A stretch of DNA of 64,000 nt from a bacterium (GTDB taxonomy: Bacteria > UBA8248). The stretch is from contig CBDCRP010000003.1 in the NCBI GenBank assembly GCA_965221165.1, positions 960,001 to 1,024,000 on the forward strand, written 5' to 3'. Below the pieces are notes generated by a model. It did no database searches and was not told where the DNA came from. It worked only from the letters and a program-made list of their open reading frames with translations. The translations under genes were made by a program, and so were the position numbers. Below, one piece after another: positions 59,270 through 64,000 of this stretch (positions within the stretch are counted from its first letter, which is position 1; each line of letters opens with the position of its first letter).

Positions 59270-59750
59270 TGCAAATGCGGGGAAATACGGGGAAATGCGG
59301 GGGGCCGAAAAACTTTTTTTTATGGGAAAACCGGCGAAATTCGTTTCTTTTTTACTTCATGTATCCTTCGTAAATATTTGAAATATAGTATGTTATCGTT
59401 TTGATAAAATTTTCTGAATTTTTCACTTATTTTCACTTATTTTCACCTTTTTTCAGATATTTTCAGATATTTTCACTTGATATGATTATTTTCATTATCT
59501 TCCCATATGAAACGGCTACGAGGAATTTCGTCATTTCGCCGACCCTGCCCTTATCAAACGGCTACGAAAGATTTGCTTGCGCCATCGGCCCTGCCCTTAT
59601 GAAACGGCTCCTCTCCCTCATCGTCGGTATACCTTCCTTCTCGGTCGGTATATCCTCCTTCTCGGTCGGGTTTGACCCACGTCGCGCGCACGATATCGGA
59701 GTACGGGACTTCACGGGGTACGGCAAATGCGGGGAGATGCGTGGGCGAGG
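59270..59750 (-). repeat. 10-bp-period array element, copy 3, with an embedded 21-bp tandem repeat
   Basis: Minus strand AAATATCTGA x2, AAAAAGGTGA, AAATAAGTGA x2 (~59410-59478); (CCCCGYATTT)x3 at 59271-59302; CCGACCGAGAAGGA.G units at ~59615-59670. Confidence 0.8.
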
Positions 59751-59878
59751 GGGTGGACGATTGCCTTTGCAGGGGCAATCCCTCCTCGGGACCTCGCGAG
59801 CCGCCCGCGTTCCCTTGAAATTGCCGCCATTCAAGTGAGATTGCCGTCACCCCCGCCCGCGCGATAATCCTCCCGTCT

Positions 59879-60874
59879 TTACGCTCGTCCGCCCGCGCGC
59901 TCGAAAATTTCTTGTAATTCCCCTGAATCCTGCGTATGCGCCAGCGCCACCATCAGAAGCGTCCGGGCCTTGATTCCGCTCAGATAGCCTGCGGATATCG
60001 CCCCGCGCTCGAGCAGGCTTAAGAAAGAACCCGCGTGGGCCTTCGCTCGGTGCGGCGCGCCCGCGAAGATGCGCACGCCTATCACCACGGGGATTCCCGC
60101 CGCAAGGGCGTCGCACAAGGCGTGATAAAAGGGAACGTTCACGTTGCCCGCGCCGACTCCCTCCACCACGACCCCGTCCACCCGCTCGCGGATGCAGGCG
60201 CGCACGAGCAGGTCGTTCACCCCCTGGGTCACGGTGAGGTGCTGCACGTTTTCCTTCACATGGCCGACCTCGAAGTGAAGACGCCGCTCGGGACGGTAGT
60301 GAAAGAAGACGCCCTCATCCGAAACGACGCCTATCGGCCCGCCGTCTCTCGACGCAAAGGCGTGGGGACGCTGGCTGTGCACCTTGATGACGTCGCGCGC
60401 GGCGAATATCTCGCCATCCAGCGCGACCAGCACGCCCCTCCCCCGCGCCTCGGGCGCTGCGGCGATTTTCGCGGCGTAGAAGATGTTTCTGGGACCATCC
60501 GCGTCGCGGGCGACGGAATTGCGCATGGCGCCCGTTATCACGACGGGCTTCTCGCCGCCCAGGGTGAGGTCCAGGAGATAGGCCGTCTCCTCCATGGTGG
60601 CCGTCCCGTGGGTGATAACCGCCCCTGCCGTCTCCTCGTCCGCCAGAATCCCGCGCAGGCGGTCGCGGAGACCAAAGGCCGTAGCCGTCTCCATGACGTC
60701 GCTGGTGACGTTCGAGTGCTCGACGACGCGCACCTGGGCCGCACCGCCGAGTTCTGGAACCGAGGCGATCAACTCCTCCGCACCCGCCGCCGGCGCGTTC
60801 TCCCCTCCCCGCGTGTCGTATTTCGACGATATAGTCCCTCCGGTCGTCACTATCGCAACGGACGGCTTGTTCAT
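59879..60874 (-). CDS. Asparaginase/glutaminase family protein (HGTAT variant)
   Basis: TTGGTISS, HGTATMEETAY, KPVVITGAMR, DGPRN, GVGAGNV. Confidence 0.88.
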   Translation of the reverse strand: MNKPSVAIVTTGGTISSKYDTRGGENAPAAGAEELIASVPELGGAAQVRVVEHSNVTSDVMETATAFGLRDRLRGILADEETAGAVITHGTATMEETAYLLDLTLGGEKPVVITGAMRNSVARDADGPRNIFYAAKIAAAPEARGRGVLVALDGEIFAARDVIKVHSQRPHAFASRDGGPIGVVSDEGVFFHYRPERRLHFEVGHVKENVQHLTVTQGVNDLLVRACIRERVDGVVVEGVGAGNVNVPFYHALCDALAAGIPVVIGVRIFAGAPHRAKAHAGSFLSLLERGAISAGYLSGIKARTLLMVALAHTQDSGELQEIFERAGGRA

Positions 60875-61023
60875 GGTTTCTCCTTTTCGGGATGGGGTTC
60901 GCGAACCACGGCCGCGCCTCCCGGGCGCAAGAGGCGAGCGCATTGTGGCCCCGTGGGAGTGGTGGCCGCAAGATCGATTTCGGGTTGGGGAGGGTCAATT
61001 CCGGCTAATGCGGGAGGGATTGC

Positions 61024-61340
61024 GTAGGGGCGGCTCGCGCTCTTTCGATGTTGCCGTCATTCCGGCGCATGCCGGAATCCAGAGAATTTATCTTTTGGCC
61101 TTTTGCTTTTCGCCTTCATTTCCATCCGAGCAAAGAGAATAAAACGCCGCAGCATCTTCACCCTCTCCGGCTCTAGATTCCGGCATCCGCCGAAATGACG
61201 GGGGTGTGAATCACTCCCCCCTTGAGGGTCGAGCTTCCCCGAGGAGGGGAAGTTCATCGGTGAAGTAAGGGCGCAAGCCCGTAAGCGAGCCCGTTGGGGG
61301 AGGTTCTGGTTTCGAGTAGGGGCGGCTCGCGAGCCGCCCG
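61024..61340. repeat. REP-like cluster: GTAG palindromes and an inverted CGTC doublet
   Basis: GTAGGGGCGGCTCGCG at 61024 and ~61316; CGTCATTCCGGCGCATGCCGGAATCCAG (~61055) and its inverse (~61173-61201). Confidence 0.8.
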
Positions 61341-61387
61341 ATTCTATTTGGAGAGCACCGGGAGCAGCGTAGTACAAACTCTAAATT

Positions 61388-62071
61388 TTATTTCAGGAAA
61401 TCCGCGCAAAACTTCTGTACAAATAGCAGCATTTGCTTGGTCTGTTCAGCGTCGTATTGATCATAGCGACCGTGCGCCGCATCATTTCTAAGATTCGCCC
61501 AAGATGTAATCTGCTTTTGGATCAGAGGACTATATAGCCCTTTTTTACAGAGCGACACATTCATGGGATCTATGGTGAGAGGCTTGCCTTTCACATTGAC
61601 TGTTTTTATTCCTTGTGAATCCGCAATTTTACGCAAGGCATTTTCGAGGACGGCACCAAGCAATACCGCAGCAGCATCTTTATAACCTTCCCCGAGGAGA
61701 TACTCCGCCATTTCAAGGAAATCCGAGAAAACCTCCGCTCGAATCAAGCTGCGGAAATCGGTTAACATTCCACATTCGATGTCATGTTTTACAGCTTTCA
61801 AAATCCCGACCATGTTGGCAACATGATTGTAATAACCACTATGCATCATGTCGAAATGAGGCGTTTCCAGAACAGATTGAAACATTTTAAGATGGTGGCT
61901 TTCAGAGCCGTATAATCGTGTAATTAGTTGCCCTCCACGCGCGGCGATTGATGTGAGTTCCTGAATCCGATCATAGCCAAGACCTGAATCAGAAGAAGCG
62001 GCATCTGTCGCCAGCCTTTCGCCTATGGCAACAATATCTTCTATTTCTCGATCGATTAAATCATGCATCAT
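61388..62071 (-). CDS. Hypothetical protein with a C-terminal HEPN-like (DUF4145-like) Rx4H motif
   Basis: AAAVLLGAVLE..LR and LRNDAAHG; AT-richer than the flanks. Confidence 0.7.
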   Translation of the reverse strand: MMHDLIDREIEDIVAIGERLATDAASSDSGLGYDRIQELTSIAARGGQLITRLYGSESHHLKMFQSVLETPHFDMMHSGYYNHVANMVGILKAVKHDIECGMLTDFRSLIRAEVFSDFLEMAEYLLGEGYKDAAAVLLGAVLENALRKIADSQGIKTVNVKGKPLTIDPMNVSLCKKGLYSPLIQKQITSWANLRNDAAHGRYDQYDAEQTKQMLLFVQKFCADFLK

Positions 62072-62152
62072 TTCACTCCAATTTCGGTATAGGACTTCTT
62101 AGGTGAACATAATGATGTGTCCGACCATCTCAACTTAATGGTGTTTCGTAGA

Positions 62153-62788
62153 TCAATTGCTGGACATGAGTGGAAAACTTCCTGACCAGAATACAGCAGT
62201 GATGGAAGCGACAATAGGGACAAAAAGATGCCAAAAATAAATATACCACCACGCGTATGAATTGACTTTGAGGACGCTACATCTAATTTCATCTAGCCGT
62301 TCCAGTATGATGTTGTGCTCTTGTTCATTACCGATTTTTTCTTTAACGATTCTTATAACGCTGTCTAACCTCGTTACAAGAGCAGTATCGGAGCCGAAAC
62401 CTGCGGCAGTAGTTACTTTGGCTTCAATGTTCCACCCTTGATAGCTGATATGGTCTCCGAACCAATTAACAACATGGCTTGTCAAAATAAATAGCATGAT
62501 AACTACTTGGGCAGTCAAATATTCCAGATCCGGCGGCAACCTTACCCCATAAAAATTCAAGTTCTCAAGCTGTACGCCATAGAATTTAATGAAAAAAATC
62601 GCGAATGATAGAGAAAGAAGAATGCGGCTTGTTCCGCGCGTCGGACGCGAAATAGCTTGTTGTCCCATAAAATGCATCTTTGAAACCTCATTTTGCAATC
62701 TATGTAAACGAGGGACTGAACCCCTCCAACTCTCTATCCTCGCCCATATCACCACTCCCACATTAGGCTCTGGCCTCTCGCCATTCAC
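62153..62788 (-). CDS. Hypothetical membrane protein, about 3 TM (start uncertain)
   Basis: Hydrophobic helices, AT-rich; GTGA overlap with the endonuclease stop. Confidence 0.65.
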   Translation of the reverse strand: MNGERPEPNVGVVIWARIESWRGSVPRLHRLQNEVSKMHFMGQQAISRPTRGTSRILLSLSFAIFFIKFYGVQLENLNFYGVRLPPDLEYLTAQVVIMLFILTSHVVNWFGDHISYQGWNIEAKVTTAAGFGSDTALVTRLDSVIRIVKEKIGNEQEHNIILERLDEIRCSVLKVNSYAWWYIYFWHLFVPIVASITAVFWSGSFPLMSSN

Positions 62789-63507
62789 CCTTCCCGCATG
62801 TTTACGAAAGCGTGCGCATGCGCACTCAACGAGGTGGCGAAGTTCCTGAAGCCGATTTCCGGGTCAGGCTCAGAATAGCGCCCACCCAAACCTTCATTTC
62901 TGTCCGACAGGATCAAACAGGCGGCATTATACAATCGCTCCCGAATCAGGCGTTCGCAAAACACCTCATATCGCCTAGCGTAGGATGCCTCTTTCAGTTC
63001 CCCGAATACCTCAAAATGGGGTTCCGATACCCGAACGGGATATCGTGAGCCATGCGCATCCTCCAACAGCATAAGCCAACCCATCCAAGGCTTTAATGAA
63101 GGTTTGAACGCCCCTTCACGATATGCGGCCAAGATATCAGTCGCGCTTCCCAGAGCTTCTTCGACCCGATTGTTGAAGTTGTTCCCGAACGAACCGACTT
63201 GAGACTTGAATTCGATGGTAGCCAGCAGTTGCCCATCGACTACGGCCACCAAGTCCCACTCTTTCGTGGGCCTGAAATAGCCGGGCAATACGGTTTGCTG
63301 AGTGTGAATCGTATGCTCCGGGAGGCCTGCGTCCTCTAGGATGGATGCGAGAAGGCGAATGAACCCATCGAGTTGCGCCCCGCCGGTTACGGCGCTTCTG
63401 CCGCTCGTATCCTTGACACCGGTCGTCGAACCTTGACTCTCGCCTTGTTTCAGCCGTGTCCGCCAGAAGTGCGCAACGGCGTCTGCGACTTTTTCCGAAT
63501 AATTCAC
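62785..63507 (-). CDS. PaeR7I/XhoI family type II restriction endonuclease
   Basis: RSAVTGG.QLDGF, LPGYFRPTKEWDL, IEFKSQVGSFGNNFNNRVEEALG. Confidence 0.88.
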   Translation of the reverse strand: MNYSEKVADAVAHFWRTRLKQGESQGSTTGVKDTSGRSAVTGGAQLDGFIRLLASILEDAGLPEHTIHTQQTVLPGYFRPTKEWDLVAVVDGQLLATIEFKSQVGSFGNNFNNRVEEALGSATDILAAYREGAFKPSLKPWMGWLMLLEDAHGSRYPVRVSEPHFEVFGELKEASYARRYEVFCERLIRERLYNAACLILSDRNEGLGGRYSEPDPEIGFRNFATSLSAHAHAFVNMREG

Positions 63508-63519
63508 TTTACTACTTCT

Positions 63520-64000
63520 TCATCTCGATTCGGTACTGATTTCTGCGCGGGACAACAAGGAACCCGTCGATTTTCGGATTCTTTTTTCGGCGATATCCAA
63601 GTAATGCGGGTCTATTTCCACTCCTATGGAGTTTCGCCCCCACCTTGCGGCGGCGACCGTGGTCGTGCCCGTACCTATAAAAGGGTCCAGCACGGTATCG
63701 CCTGCGAAGCTGAACATTCTCACGAGACGCTCCGCGATTTCCTCCGGGTAGGGGGCGGGGTGATTCCGGGTGGATGCGCCCGTAACGCCGGACCAGATGC
63801 ACTGAAACCATTCTTTGTGGTTTTGGTCTGAAATCACGGAGAGGACTCGGTTCGTTACGGATGGCTTGCGGTATCCCCCGGGTTTGCGCTCCATCAGAAT
63901 GAACTCGATGTCGTTCTTGATAACGGCGTTCGGCTCATAAGGTTTGCCGAGAAAACCACCGCCGTTTCCCGATGCCTCGAACGCGGCGTTGGCTATCTTG
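63520..64000 (-). CDS. Site-specific DNA methyltransferase (N4/N6, beta-class order), 5' part outside the window
   Basis: HPAPYP...[11 protein letters not shown]...NSIGVEID; frame open to the window edge. Confidence 0.88.
   Translation of the reverse strand, partial: KIANAAFEASGNGGGFLGKPYEPNAVIKNDIEFILMERKPGGYRKPSVTNRVLSVISDQNHKEWFQCIWSGVTGASTRNHPAPYPEEIAERLVRMFSFAGDTVLDPFIGTGTTTVAAARWGRNSIGVEIDPHYLDIAEKRIRKSTGSLLSRAEISTESR

Overview
A GC-rich bacterial window, mostly minus-strand catabolic and transport genes. These include a LysR-divergent operon (CoA-transferase alpha/beta, M20 deacylase, LLM oxidoreductase, two cysteine-synthase-family paralogues, LivH), two UbiD decarboxylases, two TAXI-TRAP systems, four LLM oxidoreductases in total, GGT, two Gfo/Idh/MocA paralogues and an asparaginase-like enzyme. 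Accessory segments are interspersed: a GT25/FkbM cluster beside tRNA-Ala(GGC), an autotransporter esterase with a broken type I secretion ABC gene, a restriction-modification gene split by a nonsense codon, an IS1182-like remnant, and an AT-richer XhoI/PaeR7I-type R-M block at the right end. Intergenic regions carry many CGTC- and GTAG-tagged palindromic repeats. The top candidates are: (1) a promoter - ~70-nt structured RNA - U-tract - NYN/PIN RNase unit laid out like an RNA-antitoxin (type III-like) system; (2) an AhpD/CMD-family gene with an in-frame UGA in a CxxU motif followed by a SECIS-like hairpin, probably a selenoprotein that the ORF track splits in two; (3) a recurring non-coding element of exact 10-bp-period arrays at accessory-region borders; and (4) several enzymes with replaced catalytic residues. 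All family calls come from reading motifs by eye, not database searches.
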